Assembly (NCBI GenBank): GCA_021736945.1
Contig: JAIPEX010000001.1
Span: 4,864-68,863 of the forward strand
Direction: 5' to 3'
Source of the DNA: Halanaerobiales bacterium
GTDB lineage: Bacteria > Bacillota > Halanaerobiia > Halanaerobiales > M55B127
Length of the DNA stretch: 64,000 bases
Shown: piece after piece, positions 25,785 through 35,012 of the stretch
How positions within the stretch are numbered: the first letter of the stretch is position 1
How the letters are laid out: every line of letters begins with the position of its first letter
Notes under the pieces: model-generated
The model's input: only the letters and a program-made list of their open reading frames with translations
The model's database searches: none
What the model was told of the DNA's origin: nothing
Translations under genes and position numbers: made by a program

Positions 25785-26366
25785 TTATATAATATCTACA
25801 CCAAAACTTTTTAATGCCAAAGACAATTTATGGATAGGAAGTCCCATAACTGTAAAATAGGAGCCAAAAATTTTCTCCACAAAAACTCCACCTTTACCTT
25901 GGATCCCATAAGCTCCAGCCTTGTCCATTGGTTCACCAGTTTTGATATATCTTTCAATTTCATCATCATCTATTTTCCGCATAGACACTTCCGTCAAATC
26001 ATAATCTAAGTAATGCATCTTATCATCAGCAGAAATAATAGCTAAACCAGTATAAACCTTATGGTTGGTATTATTTAACAACTTAATCATTTTAAACGCA
26101 TCTTCTTCATCTACAGGTTTTCCTAAAATTTCATCATTAAATACCACTATCGTATCAGCAGCAATAATTAATGCATCTTCTACAAAACCTGCTACTTTAG
26201 AAGCCTTATCTAATGAAATTTGTTTTACAAGATTATCGGGAGACTCTTTATCATAACCACTTTCATCTAAGTTACTAGGCATTGTTGTGAATTTTATACC
26301 TAATCTATTTAATAGTTCTTTTCTTCTATTTGATGAAGAAGCTAATATTACTTTTCTATCTTCCAT
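25785..26366 (-). CDS. maf: Maf-like nucleoside triphosphate pyrophosphatase
   Basis: 193 aa. Motifs are ILASSSNRRKELL, ADTIV and KAGAYGIQG. Confidence 0.9.
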   Translation of the reverse strand: MEDRKVILASSSNRRKELLNRLGIKFTTMPSNLDESGYDKESPDNLVKQISLDKASKVAGFVEDALIIAADTIVVFNDEILGKPVDEEDAFKMIKLLNNTNHKVYTGLAIISADDKMHYLDYDLTEVSMRKIDDDEIERYIKTGEPMDKAGAYGIQGKGGVFVEKIFGSYFTVMGLPIHKLSLALKSFGVDII

Positions 26367-26884
26367 TATATATCAATTCCTTTCATCTCCCTTGGTAAAT
26401 AATTGTGTGTAAATATTACTACAAGCCCTATTCCAATCCCAGTAGGTAAAGCTAGCAAAATTAAATATGGGAGATAATAAAAAATTGCATCATTAGAAAT
26501 AATCAAATATGCAGTAAAAATCTGTCCAATGTTATGAAAAACAGCTCCACTTAAACTAATCCCAATTATACTAAACTTATTCCTTAAATAATAGAAAAAC
26601 AAACTCATAACTAAATAACCAAGTAATCCACCAGTTAAACTTAAATAAAAATTTATTGTCATAAATGTTCCAGCTAATATAGAACCTAAAAATATCCTTA
26701 ATAAAAGTATCTGAAGACCAGCTGTGAAACCAAATAAAATTAAACCTAAAAGATTAGCAATATTCGCTAAACCTAATTTAGCGCCTGGTATAAGAAAAGA
26801 CAAAGGTATCATATTTTCAACCAAATGCAAAACTAATCCAAGTCCAACTAATAAAGCAATAATTACAATTTTTCTAGTCCGCAT
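26366..26884 (-). CDS. Gx transporter family membrane protein (PF07456, 'heptaprenyl diphosphate synthase component I'-like)
   Basis: 172 aa with ~5 TM segments. LHLVENMIPLSFLIPGAKLGLANI is typical of the family. It has a 1-nt overlap with the maf start. Confidence 0.65.
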   Translation of the reverse strand: MRTRKIVIIALLVGLGLVLHLVENMIPLSFLIPGAKLGLANIANLLGLILFGFTAGLQILLLRIFLGSILAGTFMTINFYLSLTGGLLGYLVMSLFFYYLRNKFSIIGISLSGAVFHNIGQIFTAYLIISNDAIFYYLPYLILLALPTGIGIGLVVIFTHNYLPREMKGIDI

Positions 26885-26988
26885 TTAATATGACCTCATT
26901 TCAAAGAAAATAATAAATATATATAAAGGTATATATTTATATTTCAACAAAAATAATGTATTTCCTTTATACTTAAATTGTAAACACA

Positions 26989-27408
26989 TTACCATGAAAC
27001 TGCATCAAGTTCACTATCTGATCTTTCTATCCAAATAGAAATTTTATTAGGAACACATATTATAGAAGGCCCTGGTTTAGAAATCCATCCTATTTTTTCA
27101 CATATTTTTGCTGGATCTTTTTCAGGAGCTTTTTTAAGACGAACTTGCCCATTATGTGCTTCTATAACAGAAACACCTAGCGGCCCTTCTAATTCAATAA
27201 CAATTGGCTCTTCCTTATATGTATCTGAAAGTGGTATTCTATTAATATTCTTTGTTCTATCTTTAATATAAATATAAGCTTCCTGTTCCTCTGATTGATT
27301 AAAATATGCAGTTACAAAGGGGTAAGCAATCATTCCAACCGAAAAAACTACTATTAATATGATTAATATCTTGTCATATAAAGTTAAATATTTATTGAGT
27401 TTCTCCAA
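26989..27408 (-). CDS. NusG domain II-containing membrane-anchored protein (DUF1312/PF07009)
   Basis: 139 aa with an N-terminal TM and the C-terminal part IVIELEGPLGVSVIEAHNGQVRLKK...ICVPNKISIWIE. It is the usual partner of Gx transporter genes. The start is TTG with RBS AAAGGGGA. Confidence 0.65.
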   Translation of the reverse strand: MEKLNKYLTLYDKILIILIVVFSVGMIAYPFVTAYFNQSEEQEAYIYIKDRTKNINRIPLSDTYKEEPIVIELEGPLGVSVIEAHNGQVRLKKAPEKDPAKICEKIGWISKPGPSIICVPNKISIWIERSDSELDAVSW

Positions 27409-27434
27409 TGAAATCCCCTTTCCTAATCGTTACT

Positions 27435-27463
27435 ATTTTAACATTTTTTAATGTAAATGTCTA
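27435..27463 (-). promoter_or_regulatory. promoter candidate for the NusG_II/Gx/maf... transcription unit
   Basis: The minus strand reads TAGACA - 17 nt - TAAAAT with an extended -10 (TGTTAAAAT). It lies just downstream of the rnf terminator. Confidence 0.35.
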
Positions 27464-27492
27464 TCTAAAAGTCAAATTAAAAACTGCTATAA

Positions 27493-27521
27493 AATGAAAA
27501 ACCCGAGCTTGTTAGCCCGGG
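27493..27521 (-). terminator. rho-independent terminator after rnfB
   Basis: The minus strand reads CCCGGGCT-AACA-AGCTCGGG (8 bp with one G-U) followed by TTTTTCATTTT. Confidence 0.65.
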
Positions 27522-27551
27522 GTCAATAAGACATAAATTGTTTATTATTTT

Positions 27552-28556
27552 TTAATTATTTTCTTTTTCATCCTTATAGATAACTTTAATAGCTTTATCT
27601 ACTTTACAAACTTCGGCACATAATCCACATTGGACACATTTATCCTGGTCAATTTCATGAACTTCTTTTAATTCCCCTTCAATTGCATCCACTGGACAAG
27701 CCTTTGCACATCTAGTACAGCCTACACAATTATCTGTTATTACAACTTTTTCTATTAAACGACCATTAAATTCAATAGTTCCTGTAGGACATTTTTCTGA
27801 ACATATGCCACAGTTAATACATTTATCATAATCAATCACTGCTAAATTGTCTTCCATTGTTATCGCATTAACAGGACAAGCTTTTGCACAAAGTGAGCAA
27901 CCAATACAACCCACTTCACATATCTTTGAAACCACTTTACCAGGATCATGTGAAGAACATCTAATATGGTTTAATTTATCTTCAGGAGCTAAAGTAATTA
28001 TGTTTTTAGGACAAGCTTCAACACATTTACCACAGCCTATACATTCTTCTTTATCAATAATTGGTAAACCATTTTCACTCATTGTTATAGCGTCAACCGG
28101 ACAAATTGCTGCACAATCTCCATATCCCATACAAGAATATTTACAGCTTTTTGTGTCTCCATTAATGGAGTTGGCCGCTTTACAAGTTTTTATACCACTA
28201 TAATCAGAAATCTTCTTGGTTTCTTTTATACCGCCTCCACATAATAGTTGAGCCACAACAGTTTTACTAGATTCGCTTTCTACACCAAGAATTTCTGCAA
28301 TTTTTTCAGCAACAACTTCACCACCAACCGGGCAACCATTAATTTCAGCATCACCATTTATGACAGCTTCAGCAAAACTACTACAGCCAGCATAACCACA
28401 GGCTCCACAATTTGCCCCTGGTAGTACTTCTTCTACTTCTTGAACTCTTTCGTCAACTTCAACATGAAATTTTCTTGAAGCAATTCCTAACCCTAAGGCT
28501 AAAAGAGCTCCAATTCCTCCCATGCTTAAGATGGAATATAAATAGACAGGGTCCAC
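27552..28556 (-). CDS. rnfB: Rnf complex subunit B (poly-ferredoxin type)
   Basis: 334 aa with an N-terminal TM helix, a CGACGYAGC...C cluster domain, then about six CxxCxxCxxxC(P) ferredoxin motifs. The start is GTG. Confidence 0.9.
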   Translation of the reverse strand: MDPVYLYSILSMGGIGALLALGLGIASRKFHVEVDERVQEVEEVLPGANCGACGYAGCSSFAEAVINGDAEINGCPVGGEVVAEKIAEILGVESESSKTVVAQLLCGGGIKETKKISDYSGIKTCKAANSINGDTKSCKYSCMGYGDCAAICPVDAITMSENGLPIIDKEECIGCGKCVEACPKNIITLAPEDKLNHIRCSSHDPGKVVSKICEVGCIGCSLCAKACPVNAITMEDNLAVIDYDKCINCGICSEKCPTGTIEFNGRLIEKVVITDNCVGCTRCAKACPVDAIEGELKEVHEIDQDKCVQCGLCAEVCKVDKAIKVIYKDEKENN

Positions 28557-28580
28557 TTTGTCACCTCCAACTAATATGTA

Positions 28581-29174
28581 TTAAATTGAAATTAATCCTG
28601 AAAAACCCATAAAAGCCATTGCCATTAATCCAGCTAATATTAAAGTAATAGGTACTCCTTTTAATACTTCAGGTACATCTCCAAATTCTAGAGTTTCTCT
28701 TAAACCAGCCATTAACACAATAGCAAGTGTAAATCCAATTCCTGCTCCTAAACCGAATACAACACTAGTTATAAAATTATATCCGTTTAATGGAATCAAT
28801 AAAGCTAATCCTAAAATTGCACAATTAGTTGTAATTAAAGGCAAAAATATTCCCAATGCTTTATATAAAACCGGACTGGATTTTCTAATAAACATCTCTA
28901 CAAATTGAACTAAAGATGCAATCACTATGATAAAAGAAACATATCTTAAAAAAGGCAGATTAAATGCTACTAGTATATATGTATTAATTACCCAAGTAGC
29001 TGCAGCTGTTAGGGTCATTACAAAAGTTGTAGCCAGACCCATACTAAAAGCAGTTTCCACCTGCTTAGATACACCTAGAAAGGGGCAAATTCCTAAGAAT
29101 TTAACCAAAATAAAATTGTTAACCAGGACAGTACTTAAAAAAACTAATAAAATAACCCGGAATTCTTCTAACAT
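28581..29174 (-). CDS. rnfA: Rnf complex subunit A
   Basis: 197 aa polytopic protein. [18 protein letters not shown] is characteristic of RnfA/NqrE. Confidence 0.9.
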   Translation of the reverse strand: MLEEFRVILLVFLSTVLVNNFILVKFLGICPFLGVSKQVETAFSMGLATTFVMTLTAAATWVINTYILVAFNLPFLRYVSFIIVIASLVQFVEMFIRKSSPVLYKALGIFLPLITTNCAILGLALLIPLNGYNFITSVVFGLGAGIGFTLAIVLMAGLRETLEFGDVPEVLKGVPITLILAGLMAMAFMGFSGLISI

Positions 29175-29773
29175 TAATTACCCCTCCTTTTTATATAATT
29201 CATAAGTCCTACTAAAATACCTAAACTAATAAAAGCTCCAGCAGGTAATATCATAATTACCATAGGTTGATACCAACTACCTAGAATTTCAATCCCAAAT
29301 ATAGAGCCCATTCCTAAGAACTCTCTCACAGCACTTAAAAGTACCAAAACCCAGGTGAATCCTAATCCCATACCCAATGCATCAGCAATTGCTCGATGAG
29401 TAGGATTTTTGGACGCAAATGCTTCCTGACGCCCTAATATTAAACAGTTAACCACTATTAATGGAATAAATAAACTCAAGGATGCTGCAATATCTGGGAA
29501 AAATGCTTTTAAAAAATAATCTGTAAAAGTTACAAATGTTGCAATAATCAATATGAAACTAGGAATTCTTACATTGTTAGGTATGTAATTTTTAAAAGTT
29601 GAAATTACTATCTCTGAAGATAATAAAACAAAAGAAGTAGCAATTCCCATTGCTAAACCATTCTCAACTGTATTTGTCACCGCTAGAGTAGGACACATAC
29701 CAATCACTAATACTATAATTGGGTTCTCTCTCCAGAGACCATTTTTAAAATCAATAAATAATCTTTTTAACAT
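29174..29773 (-). CDS. rnfE: Rnf complex subunit E
   Basis: 199 aa. [20 protein letters not shown] is characteristic of RnfE/NqrD. Confidence 0.9.
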   Translation of the reverse strand: MLKRLFIDFKNGLWRENPIIVLVIGMCPTLAVTNTVENGLAMGIATSFVLLSSEIVISTFKNYIPNNVRIPSFILIIATFVTFTDYFLKAFFPDIAASLSLFIPLIVVNCLILGRQEAFASKNPTHRAIADALGMGLGFTWVLVLLSAVREFLGMGSIFGIEILGSWYQPMVIMILPAGAFISLGILVGLMNYIKRRGN

Positions 29774-30330
29774 TAGGCCCCACCTCCATATACATCTTGT
29801 ATTTGTTCAACAGCATTTTCTACTATTTTGGCAACACTTTTCGAAGAAATTGTAGCACCTGCTATTGCTTCTACTTCTAAATCGGATTGGGGTTCTCTTT
29901 TAACAACAGTATAATCACCAAATGGTTTATCAACATAATTTTCTTTATACTCATCACCAGTTATTCGGGCACCTAAACCCGGAGTTTCTTCATGAGTTAA
30001 TATTTTTATTCCATAGATCTTCTGGGAATTTAAATTGACTCCAATCATTAATTCAATAACATTTTGATAGCCTGGACCTGAAGCAATCATTGCTACACCA
30101 GTTCTATTGCCTCCAGAATCATATCCCTCATAAAATGTCTGGTCTGCTCTTTCAACTTCTTTATATTCTTGAGCTTGAGGTATGACATCCCTTAAAGCTT
30201 CTTTACGAGTTTCTAATTGATGTTTTTCTATATAGGGAGTTGTCCATTGATATACAAAAGATAAAGCGATTGCAGAAATTATTCCAATTACTGTTAAGGT
30301 CAAAATTAATTTACCAATTTTTGTGTCCAT
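29773..30330 (-). CDS. rnfG: Rnf complex subunit G (FMN-binding)
   Basis: 185 aa with an N-terminal TM. The FMN_bind domain carries the flavinylation-type motif AIAGATISS. Confidence 0.9.
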   Translation of the reverse strand: MDTKIGKLILTLTVIGIISAIALSFVYQWTTPYIEKHQLETRKEALRDVIPQAQEYKEVERADQTFYEGYDSGGNRTGVAMIASGPGYQNVIELMIGVNLNSQKIYGIKILTHEETPGLGARITGDEYKENYVDKPFGDYTVVKREPQSDLEVEAIAGATISSKSVAKIVENAVEQIQDVYGGGA

Positions 30331-31239
30331 TTACTTCACCACTCCCAAAGTTCTTGGTTTTAAATATCTATCTAAGAGAGGTACAGTTGTATTCATGAGA
30401 AGTATTGAATACATAACACCTTCGGGATAACCGCCCCATAATCTGATAAGTGCAACTAATAATCCGGCTCCTATACCAAAAACCCATCTTGCTTTTTTGG
30501 TAACTGGAGAAGTTACCATATCAGTTGCCATAAAGAATGCACCTAAAATAAGACTGCCAGCAAATACATGGGCAACAGGATTTGCCCCACTAATAAATGT
30601 TATTACTATGACAGTAGATAACATACTTATCGGAATTCTCCAATTTATATAGCCTTTATATATTAAATAAGAAGCACCTAATAATAGAGCTAAAGCAGAG
30701 GTTTCACCTAAAGAACCTCCAGTATTTCCAATAAATAAATTCCAAATTCTTAAAGCTTCCCCATTTGAAATCATGCTTAATGGAGTAGCTGTTGAAGTTC
30801 CATCAACTACCCAGGTAGTCATTAAAACCGGATAGGAAGCTGTCAAAAATGCTCTACCTATTAAGGCTGGATTAAAAGGGTTATGTCCAAGTCCCCCAAA
30901 TACTTGTTTTCCAAGTCCAATAGCCACAACACTACCTAAAAAGGCTGTCCACAATGGAATGGAAGGGGGTAATGTTAAGGCAAGTAATAAACCTGTTAAA
31001 ACAGCACTCCCGTCATTAATAACTAATTCTTTATTTCTTATTTTCAAAAAAGAATACTCAGTTACAACTGCTCCTAAAATACTAACAGCAATAATTAATA
31101 AAGCTCTAAAACCGAAAAAATATGTAGCAGCTATCACTGCAGGTATAAGAGCATATATAACTGTCCACATTATGTTTTCAACAGATGTTGAATCCTTAAT
31201 ATGTGGATTTGGTGTAACAATTAGCTGTTCATTATTCAT
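30331..31239 (-). CDS. rnfD: Rnf complex subunit D
   Basis: 302 aa polytopic protein of the NqrB/RnfD family, with the flavinylation-type motif DGTSTATPL. Confidence 0.9.
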   Translation of the reverse strand: MNNEQLIVTPNPHIKDSTSVENIMWTVIYALIPAVIAATYFFGFRALLIIAVSILGAVVTEYSFLKIRNKELVINDGSAVLTGLLLALTLPPSIPLWTAFLGSVVAIGLGKQVFGGLGHNPFNPALIGRAFLTASYPVLMTTWVVDGTSTATPLSMISNGEALRIWNLFIGNTGGSLGETSALALLLGASYLIYKGYINWRIPISMLSTVIVITFISGANPVAHVFAGSLILGAFFMATDMVTSPVTKKARWVFGIGAGLLVALIRLWGGYPEGVMYSILLMNTTVPLLDRYLKPRTLGVVK

Positions 31240-31250
31240 AACTATCCTCC

Positions 31251-32576
31251 TTACTGTGATGATTTTTTCAATTTCATATCTTCCATTTTTCCAATCCTAA
31301 TGTAATCAAGTAAAGGTCTATCTGCAGGACAAATATATGAACAAGAGCCGCATTCAATACAGCTTTGAACATTATAGTTATCAAGTTCATCATATCTTTC
31401 ATATTGTGATAAATCAGATAATTTTAGTGGTAATAAATACATAGGGCAAGAATCCACACATCTTGCACATCTAATACAGGGTTTGGGATCAAATTTTTTA
31501 ACACTTTCTTTATGTAAAACAATAATACCTGAAGTTCCTTTTACTGTTGTTACCTCAGTACTATGCTGTGCAGCACCAGTCATAGGTCCACCTAATACTA
31601 TTTTCCCGGGAGTACCTTTAAACCCACCAGCATCATTTATTAAGTTCTTTACTTTTGTTCCAATTCTATAATATAAATTAGTTGGTTCTGAGATACCTTC
31701 GCCAGTTATAGTAATTGTTCTTTCAATTAAAGGTTTCCCTTCAGTGATAGCTTCAAAAACAGCTACAGCAGTAGTGATATTATTAACTATAACTCCTACA
31801 TCAAGAGGAAGTCCGCCCTCTGGAACTTCTCTATCTAAGAGTGCTTTAATAAGCATTTTTTCGCCACCCTGCGGATATTTTGTCTCAAAAACTTTAATTT
31901 CAATATTTTCTTCTTTTTCAACTGCTTGTTTCATCTTAGATATAGCTTTAGGCTTGTTATTTTCTATTCCTATAACTCCTTTTTTTACATCTGCTGCTTT
32001 CATCATTAATTTCATTCCTGAAATAATATCACTCGGTCTTTCAATCATCATTCTATTATCTACATTCAAAAATGGTTCACATTCAATACCATTTAAAACA
32101 AAATACTCTACGTCTTTGTCTTCTGGTACAGATAATTTCACATGGGTAGGAAACATTGCCCCTCCAAGCCCAACAATCCCAGCTTCTCTTACAGTATCAA
32201 TTATTTCTTTAGAAGTTAATTTATCGATATCCTTATCGGGTTTTAATGAATCATCAATTTCATCCTCATCATCAGCTTCAATAATTATCGATTCTGTTTT
32301 TTGACCAGAAGGAGTTAACATCTTTTGAATTCCCTTTACAGTACCTGAGACTGAAGCATGTACAGGAGCAGCAACAAAACTATCAGTATCTCCAATTTTT
32401 TGCCCCTGCTTAACATGATCTCCTTTTTGAACTAAAGGATCTAACGGAGCACCAATATGTTGTTGTAAAGGAATTACTACTTCTTCAGGCCTACCTGCTT
32501 TTTTTAATGGCTTTTCTCTTGTTAGCTCTTTATGATATTCTGGATGAATTCCCTGTTTGAAAGTAAGAACGCTCAT
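31251..32576 (-). CDS. rnfC: Rnf complex subunit C (NADH-binding, 2x[4Fe-4S])
   Basis: 441 aa. It has GLGGAMFPTHVK and two ferredoxin motifs, CIRCARCVDSCP and CIECGSCSYICP. Confidence 0.92.
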   Translation of the reverse strand: MSVLTFKQGIHPEYHKELTREKPLKKAGRPEEVVIPLQQHIGAPLDPLVQKGDHVKQGQKIGDTDSFVAAPVHASVSGTVKGIQKMLTPSGQKTESIIIEADDEDEIDDSLKPDKDIDKLTSKEIIDTVREAGIVGLGGAMFPTHVKLSVPEDKDVEYFVLNGIECEPFLNVDNRMMIERPSDIISGMKLMMKAADVKKGVIGIENNKPKAISKMKQAVEKEENIEIKVFETKYPQGGEKMLIKALLDREVPEGGLPLDVGVIVNNITTAVAVFEAITEGKPLIERTITITGEGISEPTNLYYRIGTKVKNLINDAGGFKGTPGKIVLGGPMTGAAQHSTEVTTVKGTSGIIVLHKESVKKFDPKPCIRCARCVDSCPMYLLPLKLSDLSQYERYDELDNYNVQSCIECGSCSYICPADRPLLDYIRIGKMEDMKLKKSSQ

Positions 32577-32626
32577 TTTTTCACCTCTGATTTAAATATT
32601 TTTTAATTTTTCAAACAACTAAATTA

Positions 32627-32655
32627 ATTTTACATTATGTAATGTTATTCTGCAA
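32627..32655 (-). promoter_or_regulatory. promoter candidate for rnfCDGEAB
   Basis: The minus strand reads TTGCAG - 17 nt - TAAAAT. The spacer contains the inverted repeat ACATTA-CA-TAATGT. Confidence 0.4.
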
Positions 32656-32656
32656 A

Positions 32657-33151
32657 TTATTTAACTATAAAAGTATCATAACCTAAATTCGCCAATTCAG
32701 CTTCTATTTTTTCTGTTTTCTCTCTAGTTTCTTTACCAATTACTCTAACTTTATAATTAGATGCTTCTTTAATTATAACATTATATCCTTTATCTTCAAG
32801 TTCATTACGAAAGCCTACAGCATTAGATCTTTTTGAAAAAGCTCCCACCTGAATTTTGAATAAGTTTTCATACTCGCTATTTTGAGAAGTATTATTAGTT
32901 AGTTGTTGTGATTCAGTGTTCTCAGTTTGAGAAGATTCTTCTTGGGTTACTTCTGAAGAAATTTCTTGTTCCTCATTACTGATCTGTGTTTCTTCCGCTA
33001 CCTGATTTTCTGTTTGAGCTACTTGCTCATTACCTCCTTTCATCCATTGTAGGAGGTTGACTCCAACTAAATAACCAACAAACAAACATACCACTGCCAT
33101 TATGATAACGACTAATGTTATGGATTTATTCTTTTTATTCTTCTTGGCCAT
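32657..33151 (-). CDS. SPOR domain-containing membrane protein
   Basis: It has a basic N-terminus and a TM (MAKKNKKNKSITLVVIIMAVVCLFVGY), a Gln/Glu/Ser-rich linker, and a C-terminal SPOR repeat (FKIQVGAFSKRSNAVGFRNELEDKGYNVII...YKVRVG). I prefer the ATG at 33151 over the track start at 33169. Confidence 0.8.
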   Translation of the reverse strand: MAKKNKKNKSITLVVIIMAVVCLFVGYLVGVNLLQWMKGGNEQVAQTENQVAEETQISNEEQEISSEVTQEESSQTENTESQQLTNNTSQNSEYENLFKIQVGAFSKRSNAVGFRNELEDKGYNVIIKEASNYKVRVIGKETREKTEKIEAELANLGYDTFIVK

Positions 33152-34478
33152 TCTCCAAACCTCCTCCACTTAACAGATATATATAAAATCTAGCTTCAGC
33201 TACTGTATATAAAGATCCTGTAATACATACTAAATCATCTTCTACTAAATTTTTATTCATTTCTTTTAACGTAGTATAAATATTCGGATATACATTACTT
33301 TTAATTTTCTTTAGTTTTACATACTTATTAATTTCACTAGGTTTAAGTGTTCTTTCATTTTTATTTGCAGTTATATATATTTCTAAATTCTTATTCTCTA
33401 AATTATTAATCAAATCTATCATCTTTTTATAATTTTTATCCTTTAAAATACTTAATAAAAATATAATTTTTTTACTGCTAGACACATTCTGATTTAAAAA
33501 TTCTACTAGTCTTTTCATACCATCTTCATTATGAGCTCCATCCAATATTATATCAGGGTCTCTCTGGACCATTTCCAGACGACCAGGCCATCTACATTCC
33601 TCTAAACCTTTATATATATCCTCAATTTTCACAGGATATTTTGTTGGCAAAGATTCCAATGCTCTAATAGCAAGTCCAGCGTTTTTAATCTGATGTTCTC
33701 CAAGTATATTCAATTTCAAATGTTTTAATTTATTATTTTCATACTTAATATTAAAAATTTGTTTCTCTAAACTTTTCTTAATAAACTCTGCTTCTTTTTT
33801 ATAATTAAATTTTATTAATTCACTATTTTTTTCTGCTGCCTTTTTTTCAAACACCTTTAAAACTTTTTTATTTGTTTCAGCAGTAATAACTGGAGAGCCA
33901 TATTTAATTATACCAGCTTTTTCAAAAGCTATTTGTTCAATTTTAGGACCTAATATTTCTGCATGCTCATAACTAATATTTGTGATAATACTTATCAAAG
34001 GATTTTTTATAACATTCGTAGCATCTAATCTTCCACCTAAACCTACTTCTAAAATTCCAATATCTATCTTTCTCTCATAAAAATGCAAAAAGGCAATAAC
34101 AGTTATAATTTCAAAAAAACTAGGCTCTTCAATACTTAGATCATATTGTGGATCCTTAAATATTTCTTCTAATCTAGAAACTATTACTTCAAGTTCTTTA
34201 GTGGAAATTGGAATATTATTGATTTTAAATCTTTCATTAAAGTGTACAAGCGGTGGAGATATATAAGTTCCAACTTTATAGCCAGCATTTTTTAAAATGC
34301 TAGTTAACATTGCAGCAGTTGAACCTTTACCATTTGATCCAGCAATATGTATATAATTCACTTTATCCTGTGGATTATCTAAGTAAGATAATATTTTTTT
34401 GACTCGCTCAAGCCCTGGTTTAAAACCACCCTTTTTACCATATTTTTTGAATTGTGATATAAATTCATATGGATTCAT
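33135..34478 (-). CDS. folC: bifunctional folylpolyglutamate synthase/dihydrofolate synthase
   Basis: The Mur-ligase P-loop is HIAGSNGKGST. The start is set at MNPYEF (ATG at 34478, RBS GAGGAA). The track's 32-aa extension (MFPLCCLYY...) looks non-coding. Confidence 0.88.
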   Translation of the reverse strand: MNPYEFISQFKKYGKKGGFKPGLERVKKILSYLDNPQDKVNYIHIAGSNGKGSTAAMLTSILKNAGYKVGTYISPPLVHFNERFKINNIPISTKELEVIVSRLEEIFKDPQYDLSIEEPSFFEIITVIAFLHFYERKIDIGILEVGLGGRLDATNVIKNPLISIITNISYEHAEILGPKIEQIAFEKAGIIKYGSPVITAETNKKVLKVFEKKAAEKNSELIKFNYKKEAEFIKKSLEKQIFNIKYENNKLKHLKLNILGEHQIKNAGLAIRALESLPTKYPVKIEDIYKGLEECRWPGRLEMVQRDPDIILDGAHNEDGMKRLVEFLNQNVSSSKKIIFLLSILKDKNYKKMIDLINNLENKNLEIYITANKNERTLKPSEINKYVKLKKIKSNVYPNIYTTLKEMNKNLVEDDLVCITGSLYTVAEARFYIYLLSGGGLENGQEE

Positions 34479-34523
34479 TTTACCATTCCTCGTATAATAT
34501 ATTTTATAAAAATAGCAACTTTC

Positions 34524-34552
34524 TTGAATATAACTATAATTTGAAATATAAT
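34524..34552 (+). promoter_or_regulatory. promoter candidate for the divergent-PAP2 gene
   Basis: The plus strand reads TTGAAT - 17 nt - TATAAT, 25 nt upstream of the GTG start. Confidence 0.45.
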
Positions 34553-34577
34553 ATAAGCAACAAAGGGGGAACAAATA

Positions 34578-35012
34578 GTGAATAAAACATTACTTATTTC
34601 ATTTATTTCATTATTTTTAGCACAATTTATTAAAATATTTACTATAAAACCATTTTCACTAGCTAGTATTATTGGTTCAGGTGGTTTCCCGAGTTCCCAC
34701 TCTTCTTTTGTTGCCACCTTAACAACACTAATTGGTCTTAAACATGGATTTAATTCAGACCTATTTACCATAGTTCTTATTTTTTCAATGATTGTTACTT
34801 ATGATGCAGGGGGAGTCAGAAAAGCTGTTGGAGACCAAGCCAATGTGCTAAATAATTTAATTAATCACCTGAATGTTAAAAATATTGAAAGAGATCCAGA
34901 ATTATTAAAAGAAGATCTAAAAGAATTAATTGGTCATACACCACTTGAAGTTTTTGCTGGTGTTATCCTTGGAGTTTCAATTGCATTAATTAGCTTTTAT
35001 TATTTTTATTAA
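34578..35012 (+). CDS. divergent PAP2 family membrane protein (DUF212/YuiD-like)
   Basis: 144 aa. Motifs GGFPSSHSSFVATL and YDAGGVRKAVGDQA match. The start is GTG with RBS AAAGGGGGA. Confidence 0.8.
   Translation: MNKTLLISFISLFLAQFIKIFTIKPFSLASIIGSGGFPSSHSSFVATLTTLIGLKHGFNSDLFTIVLIFSMIVTYDAGGVRKAVGDQANVLNNLINHLNVKNIERDPELLKEDLKELIGHTPLEVFAGVILGVSIALISFYYFY

Noticed and set aside
32633-32649. The inverted repeat ACATTA-CA-TAATGT inside the putative rnf promoter spacer, considered as a Rex (redox-sensing) operator.
   Set aside because: It does not match the Rex box consensus TTGTGAA-N4-TTCACAA. A short AT-rich palindrome is expected by chance in this composition.
33152-34574. N-terminal extensions in the longest-ORF track. 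Examples are folC +32 aa, purM +35 aa, rodA +16 aa, minD +11 aa, tkt +9 aa, oxidoreductase +7 aa, FecCD +7 aa and MogA-like +12 aa.
   Set aside because: The extensions overlap the upstream genes, lack an RBS and have odd composition (for example MFPLCCLYYISNYSY). Internal starts have good RBS spacing and match the conserved family N-termini.
34475-34771. 98-aa minus-strand ORF overlapping the folC upstream region and the PAP2 gene.
   Set aside because: It overlaps the well-supported plus-strand divergent-PAP2 gene (GGFPSSHSSF, YDAGGVRK motifs) and the divergent promoter region. It has no recognisable motifs or RBS.
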